IMG/VR virus record: IMGVR_UViG_3300020181_000026 | Span: 1 to 30,829 of that record | Length of the DNA: 30,829 bases | From: a virus | Lineage: Duplodnaviria > Caudoviricetes | Strand: one strand, 5' to 3' | Notes under the pieces: model-generated | Databases searched by the model: none | What the model was told of the DNA's origin: nothing | What the model saw: only the letters and a program-made list of their open reading frames with translations | Shown: positions 15,152 through 24,762 of the stretch, piece by piece | How positions within the stretch are numbered: the stretch's first letter is position 1 | How the letters are laid out: each line of letters starts with the position of its first letter | Program-made: the position numbers and the translations under genes

Positions 15152-15169
15152 TACGAATGGATAGTACGG
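15152..15169 (-). promoter_or_regulatory. Candidate internal late promoter
   Basis: Minus strand CCG-TACTAT-c-CATTCGTA; similar elements lie upstream of the scaffold gene. Confidence 0.35.
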
Positions 15170-15188
15170 GAGTGACGGGTCGGATACC

Positions 15189-16847
15189 TCAGATGACCCA
15201 GTTCTTGTTACCGGCGATGTACGAACCACCGTCGTTACGGTCGGCCACCGCCGCGCCCGCCATCGTGACCACGTCACTGACCCACCCCGTCGCGCCCGTT
15301 CGGCGCCCGGTGATGTTGCCGAAGATGACCCCCTGAGACGGAGTGCCCGTAGCGATGAACCCTTTCAACCCGCTGTACCCAGTGTTCGGGCGAAGCGTGT
15401 TACCGATCGCGGTACACCTGCCCCAGGGAAACTCGACCGCCGCGCCTGAGACGCTGGCAACCGCGCCCTCGATGATGCAGATGTTGCCGACGAACGTTGA
15501 GACGAACGACGTTTTGATGGAACACAGCGCAGCGTTACCAGAATCAAAGTAGTTACTGTTGATCTGGATGGTGTCGGCACCATCAATGTCCAGATGCAGC
15601 GCCGAGTTTCCGTGCGTGAAATGACAGTTCATGAACTGCCATCCGCCATACCGTGCGCGCACCTGCGTACCGATCGACGACATGAACCGGCAGTTACTCA
15701 TAATCATGTCGGTGCCGGTGTACGTGGACGGAGCCATGGCCGTGGTGTCCATGGCCATGTTGCACGCCTTCGTCACGCACCGGTGCACGCCCTGGTCCAT
15801 CGTTCCGTCGAACGTGCCAGGGAGTTGACCCCGCCAGTGGAACGCGACGTTACAGTCCCGGACGTAGATGTCCTCAATGTGGATGAAGCCCACGTCGTTG
15901 AAGTCAATGCCGTCACCGGCGCGCGCGTTGCCCTGCAACACCAGGGATTGAATCCAGATACCGTGCGGGTTCGTTGCCAGGCGGGAACCGGACGCCAGGA
16001 TGCCCACCTGAATGAGCGGCGATGTACCAGCGCCGTTGGCGCGCAGCATCGTGCCGAACGTCCCCGCGTTGTTCCACCGGTCATACCAGGATCCATAGAC
16101 CCCGGAGATGGCAACGCCGTACTTCGCCACAATCGAGGTGTTCGCCGGGATGTCGTACACCCCGCGGTCGATGAGCACGTGCCCACCCGGGTAGTGGGCG
16201 AACCCCGGCGTCCCGCCGACCCCGCGCGTGTTCGCGTCGTCGATCGCCGCCTGAATGACCGTTCGGTTGTTCGCCGCCGTGGTCGGAAGATCAGACACCG
16301 ACGCACCATCCGCGCGACGCGCAATGGTCCGGCCCGCGGATTGGTACACGATGTGCGTGTAGCTGCCCAGCGAGAACGACGTACCTCCACCGGACCCCCC
16401 ACCTGAGCCGGGGGTCAGTAGCGTACCGGCGGAGTAGATGCCACCCGCAACGTCGAGCCGCCCCTGTACCGCGGCGTCGCCTGTCGCCAGGAACCCGGGA
16501 ACCGTCAGGTTCCCCGTCATGGTGTCCCCGTCGCGGTTCACCTTCCCGACCAACTGGGAACCGGTGTCGATCGCCGCCATCGCGAACCGGCCGTAACCGA
16601 AGTCGACGAAAACCAGTGTTGGCCCGTCAGGATCCCCGTCCGGGCCGTAGAAACCGACCCTGCCGTCGGCATCGGCGGTGACCTCGGAAACGGCAGTGCC
16701 GTCCGGAGTGGTCAGGTCGGTGACTTGGGTTCCGCCGGTAAGGCTGAGGTACACCGCGCCCGTGGCGCCTGGACGGACCTTGAGATCGTCACCCACCTTC
16801 TCGGTGGCAACGTCGGCGGGGGAGAGTCCGAAGAGATGACGTGGCAT
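15189..16847 (-). CDS. Tailspike / depolymerase with right-handed beta-helix (pectate-lyase-like)
   Basis: N-terminal anchor, KVNRDGDTMTGNL shaft motif, Gly linker, NNRTVIQAAIDDA...GGHVLIDRGVYDI entry motif, and Asn/Cys-laddered repeats. Confidence 0.8.
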   Translation of the reverse strand: MPRHLFGLSPADVATEKVGDDLKVRPGATGAVYLSLTGGTQVTDLTTPDGTAVSEVTADADGRVGFYGPDGDPDGPTLVFVDFGYGRFAMAAIDTGSQLVGKVNRDGDTMTGNLTVPGFLATGDAAVQGRLDVAGGIYSAGTLLTPGSGGGSGGGTSFSLGSYTHIVYQSAGRTIARRADGASVSDLPTTAANNRTVIQAAIDDANTRGVGGTPGFAHYPGGHVLIDRGVYDIPANTSIVAKYGVAISGVYGSWYDRWNNAGTFGTMLRANGAGTSPLIQVGILASGSRLATNPHGIWIQSLVLQGNARAGDGIDFNDVGFIHIEDIYVRDCNVAFHWRGQLPGTFDGTMDQGVHRCVTKACNMAMDTTAMAPSTYTGTDMIMSNCRFMSSIGTQVRARYGGWQFMNCHFTHGNSALHLDIDGADTIQINSNYFDSGNAALCSIKTSFVSTFVGNICIIEGAVASVSGAAVEFPWGRCTAIGNTLRPNTGYSGLKGFIATGTPSQGVIFGNITGRRTGATGWVSDVVTMAGAAVADRNDGGSYIAGNKNWVI

Positions 16848-16862
16848 GTTCTGTTCCTTCCC

Positions 16863-17792
16863 TTATGCCGCGTGGAAAGCAACGCCATCAAGGGAAATCC
16901 AACCACCAGCAGGCAGGTTGAAGTACCCGAGGATCACGTCCCCGTTGGCTTTGACGTCGAGCCGCCCCACTTCCTGGTTGGCGGTGCCAACTCCCGCGGG
17001 GACGGTGAAAATCAGCTGCCCCGAAGGGCGATAGCCGACAGGCAAGGTGAGCACACGGTCCCGCTCAGGCGGGGTGTATCCCGCCTTCGCCCGCACGAGA
17101 CCGTTCAAGACAACGAAACCATCGGCAGTTTTGGTGAAACCGCCATTGGCGAACCCGCTGCCGAAGTTCTGCCAGTTCGGGGCGAACGGAACAGCCTGAT
17201 ACGCGGGTTTGACCGTGGGGTGCACCTGGACCCAACCGGACCCGCTGCCCACCATCACCACTGGTTCGGACGCAGTTCCCTCGATGGCAACCTGTCCCCG
17301 GCGTGACGGCCGACGCGACGTTGACGACTGGACGGCAACGGGCTTGCCGATGAAATACCGCTCGTCAACCAGGGTGCCCGAAGACAGGCCGTTGGATCCC
17401 GCTGTCACGCCGAAGCGGGCGAGAGGAATGTCGTACGTTCCCGCCTCGTCACTCTGCAGGACCGGCGGGGATGTGCCCCCGGTGACGACTACAACGTTGA
17501 CGCTGTCCCCTGCCTGCGAGGCGCGCAGAACAATACGGTCGTACCGGGTGCTGCTCCCGGCGTTGGTTGTCAACGATCCTGTGATGACGGCAGTGTTCTG
17601 GTAAAAGAACCCATTGATCCACGCCTCACCAGGTTGCACCGAGTAGGTGGATCCAGTCACGGACACCCGCAGCGCGGACGATGTGGGGTCGTCGCCAACG
17701 ACTCCATCGACCTGCCACAGCCGCGCCATCCTGGACCACTGGAGTTCAGTGGTGACGTCGCTTGTCCCGAAAGGGTAGGAAGTCTCAGCCAT
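16863..17792 (-). CDS. Minor tail / baseplate protein
   Basis: V.PGEAWINGFFY...RYDRIVLR...YDIPLA...DER N-terminal domain and a C-terminal LPVGYRP fibre-tip-like domain. Confidence 0.8.
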   Translation of the reverse strand: MAETSYPFGTSDVTTELQWSRMARLWQVDGVVGDDPTSSALRVSVTGSTYSVQPGEAWINGFFYQNTAVITGSLTTNAGSSTRYDRIVLRASQAGDSVNVVVVTGGTSPPVLQSDEAGTYDIPLARFGVTAGSNGLSSGTLVDERYFIGKPVAVQSSTSRRPSRRGQVAIEGTASEPVVMVGSGSGWVQVHPTVKPAYQAVPFAPNWQNFGSGFANGGFTKTADGFVVLNGLVRAKAGYTPPERDRVLTLPVGYRPSGQLIFTVPAGVGTANQEVGRLDVKANGDVILGYFNLPAGGWISLDGVAFHAA

Positions 17793-19054
17793 TAAACCGT
17801 TGTCTCCTTTTTCTTGAGGAGCTTAGTGAGATCCGTAATCCGTTTCAGGAACCCGGGAGATCTCCGGGCGTACTGTCCATCGACTGTCCCCACCAATGCC
17901 GTTGCACGAAGAATATCGTCATTGCCGTACGTGATGGTCGCCTCCCGCACCCGCTCCTGAAGGGTGATGTACGGAAGCTCGATCGTGACGAAGTCACCGA
18001 CCTGCCAGTCCCGGAAGTACTGCAAGGAGTCCGTGTCGATCGGCGTCATGGAGATACCGACCTGCCCCGACTCCGTGTCAAAATGCTGATCTGCGGCAGC
18101 CTGCATCTGCGCGGACACGTCACCATCAGCGGGGTTGATCTCCCCCACATCCTCGAACGACTCCGCGTACACCGAAGGGAACCACTGATCGGTCCGGGTG
18201 TACAACACAAGGTTCTTCGCCACCTGCGGCCCGTCAGTGAACGCCGCGGTACGCCCCGCACCGAGGATCAGATGCGAGGTGTTCGGCGCCGAAACCCCAT
18301 AATTCGCGTCAGCCAGGGTGCCGTTCTCAAACGAGAACTTGGCGGTCTCCACACGGTCCACAGTTTCAAAGATCCGCAGAACCAGCTGCGTACCTTCCTG
18401 CACCAGCCGGAACCCGATGCCGCCCCGGTTTGCCGGAGCGGACAGTCCCGTCGTGGCAGCTTCCGCAATGTCGGCCATGGCCTCGATCAGCGTCTCGAAC
18501 CGGAAGTTCCTCCGAAGCGCCGTGGCAGTACCCCGGTTCAACGACGTGGGCAGCGACAGGAACGGGATCCGCTGGCGTGACACATGGTTGGTCGGGCCCG
18601 CTTGCTCCGAAACCAGATTCCGGATCATCGTCTCCACCGACGTGGACGCACCGGAAACCTGACGGAACGGGTTCGCCTGCGCGGTGATCGCCGCCGCCGG
18701 GTTAGGCCACACCAGCCAACGGGCCAGATAAACATTGTCGTCTGACCCATTGATGGTGAGCGTCCCCGTGTTGTCCTCCGATCCGGACCGATCCCATTGG
18801 AAGTTCGTAATGGGCCCACTCATCAAGGTGTCACCATCGTCGGTGTACACCTGAATACCGCCACCAGGGTTGGCACCACCCTGTTTCGGGTCCAGCAGCG
18901 CGGCCTTGTCGCTACCGGCCGACAGGCTCATCGTCCAGCTTCCAACACGGTTGTGGCGGGGAACCACGGTCAGTTCCCGAGCGTCGTCCAGCTGCGCCAC
19001 GACACGCAGATTCGCATCCCTGATGTAGGTCGTTAAACCATGAGCCTTCAGCAT
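17792..19054 (-). CDS. Minor tail protein (Tal/hub, siphovirus Gp37-like)
   Basis: Start MLKAHG overlapping the Dit stop (TGATG); R(H)N.VGSW and Y.RDWQVGDFVT motifs; second gene after the tape measure. Confidence 0.8.
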   Translation of the reverse strand: MLKAHGLTTYIRDANLRVVAQLDDARELTVVPRHNRVGSWTMSLSAGSDKAALLDPKQGGANPGGGIQVYTDDGDTLMSGPITNFQWDRSGSEDNTGTLTINGSDDNVYLARWLVWPNPAAAITAQANPFRQVSGASTSVETMIRNLVSEQAGPTNHVSRQRIPFLSLPTSLNRGTATALRRNFRFETLIEAMADIAEAATTGLSAPANRGGIGFRLVQEGTQLVLRIFETVDRVETAKFSFENGTLADANYGVSAPNTSHLILGAGRTAAFTDGPQVAKNLVLYTRTDQWFPSVYAESFEDVGEINPADGDVSAQMQAAADQHFDTESGQVGISMTPIDTDSLQYFRDWQVGDFVTIELPYITLQERVREATITYGNDDILRATALVGTVDGQYARRSPGFLKRITDLTKLLKKKETTV

Positions 19055-20016
19055 CAGTATGCCGCCAGGTAGCGGGGCCGGTAGGTGAGCTTCACCTGAG
19101 ACTGCGCCGTCGCCCCGGGGGCGCTGAACGTCACCGAGTTGTCGCCCCGCTCCAACGGCCACAGCGATGCGCCAGCAGTCATGCGCTGCCACTGGTTGAT
19201 CGGGGTACCCGCCGGCTCCTCGATCACCGCCTTGACCCCCTCGCGGGTGTCGATGAGTAGCTTCTTCCCCGCGGCCAGGGCGTAGTTGTACGTGAACGCC
19301 TTACCCGTACGCCCGTTGCTCGCGGTGAACGAGTTGAACGGGCCCGTCAGTTCCCAAATCGGGAACGCCCGAACGTTACCCACGTTCGGCACGGTGAGTG
19401 CGCCGATGACTTGCGAGTTACGGACCGTAAGCGGCAGGAGCGGGAAGAAGTCCCCGACCGTACCGCCGATGCCCCAAGACCGAGACCACTGTTCGCCCTC
19501 CCAGAACGGACGAGGCGCACGGAACGTCAGGATCGCCGACATCCACGTGCGCCCCTGCGCGTCGTCATCGTCGGACCCCTCGAACCCACCCGCGTAGTAC
19601 GCGCCGATGGTGCGGGTCTGCCCAGCGGGCTCCCGGATCTCAAGGATCCCTTCACCGTCCTGCGGATTAAGGTCGGAGATGAGGTCCCGGAAGATCGTCA
19701 GACACTCATCCCTGTCGGCGCCCCACAGGTACAGCGGGATGGAGATCTCTCGCGGAGCGGCGCGTACACCACGGATGGTTTCCCCATCGATGGCGGGGGA
19801 CCTGTCGGCGAAGAAATCCCACGTCGGCATAAGCAAACCCATGACTCCGGGCCGGACCACGATGCCCCGGGTATACGACTGCCAGTTAGTCAACTGGGTG
19901 CGACGGCCGGTAGGGAACTCCGGTGTTGGGGCGGAGGTCCAGAACAGGTCCGTCGCCAGTGACGGCGCGACGGGGGTGACCGGTGGGGGAGCTGTGGTTC
20001 CGACAAGAATAGGCAT
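19054..20016 (-). CDS. Distal tail protein (Dit)
   Basis: Directly after the tape measure; REISIPL, FRAPRPFW, NVGNVRAFP and WPLERGDNSV motifs. Confidence 0.8.
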   Translation of the reverse strand: MPILVGTTAPPPVTPVAPSLATDLFWTSAPTPEFPTGRRTQLTNWQSYTRGIVVRPGVMGLLMPTWDFFADRSPAIDGETIRGVRAAPREISIPLYLWGADRDECLTIFRDLISDLNPQDGEGILEIREPAGQTRTIGAYYAGGFEGSDDDDAQGRTWMSAILTFRAPRPFWEGEQWSRSWGIGGTVGDFFPLLPLTVRNSQVIGALTVPNVGNVRAFPIWELTGPFNSFTASNGRTGKAFTYNYALAAGKKLLIDTREGVKAVIEEPAGTPINQWQRMTAGASLWPLERGDNSVTFSAPGATAQSQVKLTYRPRYLAAY

Positions 20017-20028
20017 GGCGCGGCATCC

Positions 20029-22404
20029 TCACCCGTACAGCAGTTCAAGCTTTTGGAAGGTCCTGAAAAGAGCTTCCTCCGTCGGCACGTTCGGTGCGTA
20101 ATTGATGTTCAGTTCGTTGACCTGGTTGCGTGGCGTGCCCTTACCGAGGTTGTCCCAGTGCGAATCTGACCGCAGGCCCGTGCGCTGCGAATAGCCGACA
20201 AGCCCACCGTCGGCAAGCGCGAAGTGGATGTGAGCGTTGCCCTTGAACCGGCCGGTGCCCGCATGTTGGTCGTACACGTCCCCGGAGTAGGCGTGGGGCC
20301 GACCGTTGTTCATGTTCAGCGAGTTCCACGGCGAGATGAGTTCCTTGATCTGCGGACCCCACCGTGCCTTGATGTAGGACGCCACGGCGAACACGGCAGG
20401 AATGTCAATGGCCCGCCCGCCAGCATGGTACGAAAGGTTCCCGGACAGGGTCCGGGAACCAGGACGCAGGCCAGAGATCAGGGTGACAGCAGGACCGAAC
20501 GCGGCAGTCAGCTCAGCCAGCGCGGCCAGGATGGGCCCCTGCAGCCCTCCCACGCTGACGCCCTTACGGTGCCCAGTGAACGAACCTGACCCCTCGAAAT
20601 TGAACATGTTCGAGACGGTTGACTTGACCTTTTCGGCCAGCAGTCCCTTGCCCTTGTCGGCCATGCCCAGCATGATCTGACCGGCCTGGTTGCTGCCGAC
20701 GGAGTTCTTCAGATCCTGCAGGGGACCGGAGATCTTGCTGGTGACCCAGTTGGCGGGGCCGGACAACAGGCCAGCGATGCCACCGTCCTCATACTTCGGC
20801 AGGGGAAACTGCCCTTGCCGCATGGATTCCAGGATGGGCAGGTACTGGCGGGTGCGGTCCACGGGCATGAAGAACTCCCCAGACTGAACTTGCGCGATCA
20901 TGTTGTCCTTGCGCCGCAAGCCCATGCGCCCGGGAACCTGCCCACCGTTGCGGAACGGCGGGGCGAACTCGTTGATCCGGGAACCGACACCGAGCTTGTC
21001 AACAATCCAGTTCCATGGACCGATGAGGCCCTTGTTGACGAACCCAACCACGGCCACGATGGGTTTCTTCGCTGCCTCCCGCAGACCATCCCACCATTGC
21101 ATCGCCTTGCTGACACCGGAACGGAAGGCGCTGGGGATGGTGTCGGTGACGAACCTGGCGATACCGCGGAAGAACCCTGTCAGGGTGTCGATGGATCTGC
21201 GCCATGCCGGGATGATGGTTCCCGTCCACCAGTTCGTGATGGCTTGCCAAACAGCCTGAGCCTGGTTCTTCGCCTTGGTGATCGAGTCCGCCATGCGGCG
21301 GAAGAACCCCATCACCTTGTCCAGGCTTTGCGTCCACGAGGGGACGATGGTTCCGGTCCACCACCTGACTACCGCGGCCCACGTCTTTTTGATCCAGTCC
21401 GCTACGGCGATGACTGCGATGCGGAGCATGGTGTACTTCCGAATCAGCAGAGCAATCTGCTGACCAATCCACGGAATGATGACCCGCAGGAAGCCGAACA
21501 TGTCCCTGAGGAAGATGTTCGCCTCAGGCCCCGATGCGGCGATCACCCCGAAGAACTGCGAGATGGACTTACCGATCTCCGGAAGGAACTTTGCCACGGT
21601 CTCAAAGAGCGGCAGAGAAGCCTTCACCATGGCCTCAATACCCGGCAGCATGTTCAGGGCCATCTGCGCAATCGCCGGAGCGAGCTTATCAACAATCGGC
21701 GCGAGGCTTTTCGAGATCCGAGTCAGTGTCGGCTCCGCCTGCTTCAACGCCTTGGTGAAGGTGGCCGCGGCACGGATCATCGGCTGCTCGAAAGGCTTGC
21801 CCATCTTTTCGAACGTCTTCTTAGCATCCTTGCCGAACTTCTCCCACGCCTTCGCCACCCTCTTGTTGGTGATAGCAGCAGCGATGCCAGCAGCGAGGAA
21901 GCCCCCACCGACCGCAAGCAGGAGCCCCGCGCCGATGGCCGCAGCGACAGCAGGTGCCATCGCTGCGGCGATCACACCAGCGATGGCAACACCGATGGGT
22001 CCCAACATTCCAGGTACCGCCTGCAGGGCACCGACGGTGGACTCCTTCAGGCTGGTACCGAACCTCTTGCCGAACGTGGCAAGGGAACTGTCGGCCCGTT
22101 TCTTCCACGCCGAATCAAGGAAGAACTTCCGGAACCCACGACTCGCCCCCTTGGACAGCTGATCGCCGATCTCCTCACCAACCTTGACGAAGTGACTGCG
22201 GTTGCCTCGCAGGCGCCGTCCTGTCTCCTTCGCGAAGTGTTCCGGATCGATGGTCGCCGGAACGACCACCTTCTCTGACCGGCTCAACCGTCGGATGCGG
22301 GCCATGAACCGTGGAGCAAAGCCCTTGAAGTCGGGAAGGACGTCGACATAGACGGCGCCTCCTGAATTACCTTCGGGTGAGGAACCCCCAATAGGCGCAG
22401 TCAT
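20029..22404 (-). CDS. Tape measure protein with C-terminal peptidase-like domain
   Basis: GAVYVDVLPDFKGF N-terminus, Ala/Gly hydrophobic stretch, periodic Trp/Phe helices, and C-terminal SGLRPG...SYHAGGRAIDI...HIHFA. Confidence 0.9.
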   Translation of the reverse strand: MTAPIGGSSPEGNSGGAVYVDVLPDFKGFAPRFMARIRRLSRSEKVVVPATIDPEHFAKETGRRLRGNRSHFVKVGEEIGDQLSKGASRGFRKFFLDSAWKKRADSSLATFGKRFGTSLKESTVGALQAVPGMLGPIGVAIAGVIAAAMAPAVAAAIGAGLLLAVGGGFLAAGIAAAITNKRVAKAWEKFGKDAKKTFEKMGKPFEQPMIRAAATFTKALKQAEPTLTRISKSLAPIVDKLAPAIAQMALNMLPGIEAMVKASLPLFETVAKFLPEIGKSISQFFGVIAASGPEANIFLRDMFGFLRVIIPWIGQQIALLIRKYTMLRIAVIAVADWIKKTWAAVVRWWTGTIVPSWTQSLDKVMGFFRRMADSITKAKNQAQAVWQAITNWWTGTIIPAWRRSIDTLTGFFRGIARFVTDTIPSAFRSGVSKAMQWWDGLREAAKKPIVAVVGFVNKGLIGPWNWIVDKLGVGSRINEFAPPFRNGGQVPGRMGLRRKDNMIAQVQSGEFFMPVDRTRQYLPILESMRQGQFPLPKYEDGGIAGLLSGPANWVTSKISGPLQDLKNSVGSNQAGQIMLGMADKGKGLLAEKVKSTVSNMFNFEGSGSFTGHRKGVSVGGLQGPILAALAELTAAFGPAVTLISGLRPGSRTLSGNLSYHAGGRAIDIPAVFAVASYIKARWGPQIKELISPWNSLNMNNGRPHAYSGDVYDQHAGTGRFKGNAHIHFALADGGLVGYSQRTGLRSDSHWDNLGKGTPRNQVNELNINYAPNVPTEEALFRTFQKLELLYG

Positions 22405-22407
22405 TGC

Positions 22408-23480
22408 CTAGCCCTCCCCCTTGATCGACCCCGGGATATCCTCCCACGACACAGGCTTGCCCGGACTGTTCTTCGGTCGCGGCCTGTCCACCCGAGTCAT
22501 CCCCGCCATGGCGGCGAGACGCTGTTCCGTCGTCAACACGGGAGGCATGCGCTCCGCCATTCCCGTCGGCAACGCGCGCGGAGCAGTCGGCGCCTCCAAC
22601 CGGAACGCCTCCCGCTCCGGCTCCACCGGCTGCAACGGCCCACGGATCGGTTGCCCATGAGCCACAGGACCGTTGGGACGCAACTGCGTGAGGTAGGTGT
22701 ACGCCAGCGAGTTGCGTTGCTCAGCAACGTCCAGCCGGTCACGGTCGGTGGGCCGCGGGTACGGAACGAACTTGGGCGTGCGGCTACCCCGACGCCTGTT
22801 CGGCCTGGTGTTGATCACGGTAAGGCGCAAAGCCTGCGTCTCCTCGATGAGGTCCGCAAGAAGGAAATCGGTGTGTGACCACCGGAACCCCCCACGCTGC
22901 CCGCCGAGACGGGCCTTGTAGCGGGAGTCGGGCGGGAGTTGCTTGAGCAGAACGTGCAAACGTCGCCACGTCATCTTGCCCGTGTAGACGTCCCGCACGT
23001 CGATTCCCCGCTCCAGCAAGTCCGCCTCTATTTCCTCCGGGAACTCCGAGAGTGCCGCCTTTGCGCCCTGGATTCCCCCAAGCCCACCCCCGATTTATCG
23101 GTGATGTGCTCGAACAGGCGGGCGATCACAGCGACCCGCTTGCCCGCCAGTGATTCCAGGCGCTCGATGGTGTCCCGCCGGTCGTCACGAACGCGCTGGC
23201 GTTCCGTTGCGTCCGGGATGTTGTTCACCTCGTCCGCATCCGGATCGAACAGGATGCGAAGCGCCTCAATGAGTTCCCCCTCATCGAGGGCCGCGGTCGC
23301 CGAGTAGGGCCACTGTGACGTCTGGGGGAAGTGAATCCACTTGTCCTCGATCTTCACCGGGATGGGCTTTGCTTCCGCTTCCGCACGCAGCGCGTCGTCA
23401 CGATCGAAATCATCCAGGTCAAAAGCGAGGGAACTGTCGATACCTTCCGGAAGGTCGACGAAATCCTTACGTGCTGGCAT
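22408..23480 (-). CDS. Tail assembly chaperone, long form (GT) made by -1 frameshift
   Basis: The -1 frame after GGGGGAA reads GIQGAKAALSEFPEEIEADLLERGIDVRD... without a stop into ORF 22408-23019. Confidence 0.8.
23028..23480 (-). CDS. Tail assembly chaperone, short form (G)
   Basis: Between the major tail and tape measure genes; GAGGAG RBS; ends ...GVGLGESRAQRRHSRSSRRK. Confidence 0.85.
   Translation of the reverse strand: MPARKDFVDLPEGIDSSLAFDLDDFDRDDALRAEAEAKPIPVKIEDKWIHFPQTSQWPYSATAALDEGELIEALRILFDPDADEVNNIPDATERQRVRDDRRDTIERLESLAGKRVAVIARLFEHITDKSGVGLGESRAQRRHSRSSRRK
23073..23079 (-). promoter_or_regulatory. Programmed -1 frameshift slippery site GGGGGAA
   Basis: TTG GGG GAA near the end of G; open -1 frame downstream. 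Confidence 0.8.
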
Positions 23481-23504
23481 GGGTTACTCCTCAGGAATGA
23501 ACCC

Positions 23505-23529
23505 TGTCCCCGGACGGCGGTGCCCGGGG
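23505..23529 (-). terminator. Hairpin after the major tail protein gene
   Basis: Minus strand TCCCCGGGC-accgcc-GTCCGGGGA. Confidence 0.45.
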
Positions 23530-23538
23530 ATGGGAATG

Positions 23539-24108
23539 TCAGGACGGAAGCGCAACGCCACCGTACATACGCTGCATCGTAGTGCCATCGGCGGCGAGCA
23601 GCGCCGTAAAGGTCACCTCGTAACCAACAGGCTCATCGCCCTTGTACACGATCTCGCCACGATCAGTCACCTCGCACCGAGGAACGATGAACCGGAACCG
23701 GCGGGAACCGTCAACAATGTCCAGTCCTAGCGCGCGCTCGTCCGGCGCGGTGTTCTGCCCCTGAATGAACCCGAGGTACTGGTCATCGCCCACGCCCTGC
23801 GATGACATCTCCGAGATGGGGACGGCGTGGTACAGCGACAGCACGAACGCGTTCGATTCGAGGAACACCACCGAGAAAGTGGTGACCTTGCGGGAGATCT
23901 GCGTACGGACCGGGGAGTCGTAACCCCACGCCCGGACCTCGGTACGGTCCTGATCAGTGCCCTCGGTGAGGCCGTCCTCGGACATCAACCCAAGGTCATG
24001 CCACCCGGTGCCCCACGCGGACGTGAGCCCAACGGGGGCGATGGTCCCGACCGGACCCTCGTACGCCAGACCGGCATATCCGATCCGGACGCCTTCGGCA
24101 TCTGCCAT
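23539..24108 (-). CDS. Major tail (tube) protein
   Basis: W.DLGLMSEDGL, EVRAWG and GEIVYKGDEPVGYEVTFTAL motifs of actinophage tail tube proteins. Confidence 0.9.
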   Translation of the reverse strand: MADAEGVRIGYAGLAYEGPVGTIAPVGLTSAWGTGWHDLGLMSEDGLTEGTDQDRTEVRAWGYDSPVRTQISRKVTTFSVVFLESNAFVLSLYHAVPISEMSSQGVGDDQYLGFIQGQNTAPDERALGLDIVDGSRRFRFIVPRCEVTDRGEIVYKGDEPVGYEVTFTALLAADGTTMQRMYGGVALPS

Positions 24109-24119
24109 GTCTGTCTCTC

Positions 24120-24554
24120 CTAAGATTCACGGTGAAAGAGGAGCCCTACGGTGAAACCGTAACGCTCCACTGTTTTGTCTTCCTCGGGGCGCGGTGCGGG
24201 ACCGGCCGAATCGAATGCGCGAGTGACAACAATCCCCCGATGCCGCACACCACCCATGGACAGCAGCACGTCACGCGCCTGCGTGGCCAGCGTTTCCGCA
24301 TCGCCGGTGGTCCAACAGTCGACATCAATGATCGCCTCGTCCAAGCGCGCAATGCGGTTACGCATCACTCCACCGATCCGCGTGGGACGAACCGCCGGCC
24401 ACACCGGCTGTGCCGGGAGGACGGGGTACACGTTCACGCCGATGGGGTTGAGCCAGTCCCGCAGATACTCACCGACGACCACCGTCACAACGGACAGGTC
24501 CGTCGTAACGGTGGGAACGCCAGCGGTGTACGCATCAAGCGGGATGAGAGGCAT
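24120..24554 (-). CDS. Tail terminator / completion protein
   Basis: Upstream of the tail tube gene; TRIGG...LDEAIIDVDCW...SAGP motifs. Confidence 0.75.
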   Translation of the reverse strand: MPLIPLDAYTAGVPTVTTDLSVVTVVVGEYLRDWLNPIGVNVYPVLPAQPVWPAVRPTRIGGVMRNRIARLDEAIIDVDCWTTGDAETLATQARDVLLSMGGVRHRGIVVTRAFDSAGPAPRPEEDKTVERYGFTVGLLFHRES

Positions 24555-24559
24555 GGTGG

Positions 24560-24760
24560 TTACTTGCCCTGCGCCGGACGAACTTGCTCAGTTCCCTCGG
24601 GGAGGTTCAGGTTCACGTGACCATCCTTGACCTTACGCATGATCCACGCGGTGGGGCCCTCCACGAGTTCCCCCGGGGTCACATATCCCGAACCGTCAGG
24701 CTTACGGAACGGGAAAGCGGCCACGGCGCGCAAGGTCTCAGTCTCGTACTGCTCCGCCAT
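24560..24760 (-). CDS. Small hypothetical protein (66 aa)
   Basis: AAGGGA RBS; tightly packed between the neck genes. Confidence 0.7.
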   Translation of the reverse strand: MAEQYETETLRAVAAFPFRKPDGSGYVTPGELVEGPTAWIMRKVKDGHVNLNLPEGTEQVRPAQGK

Positions 24761-24762
24761 GG

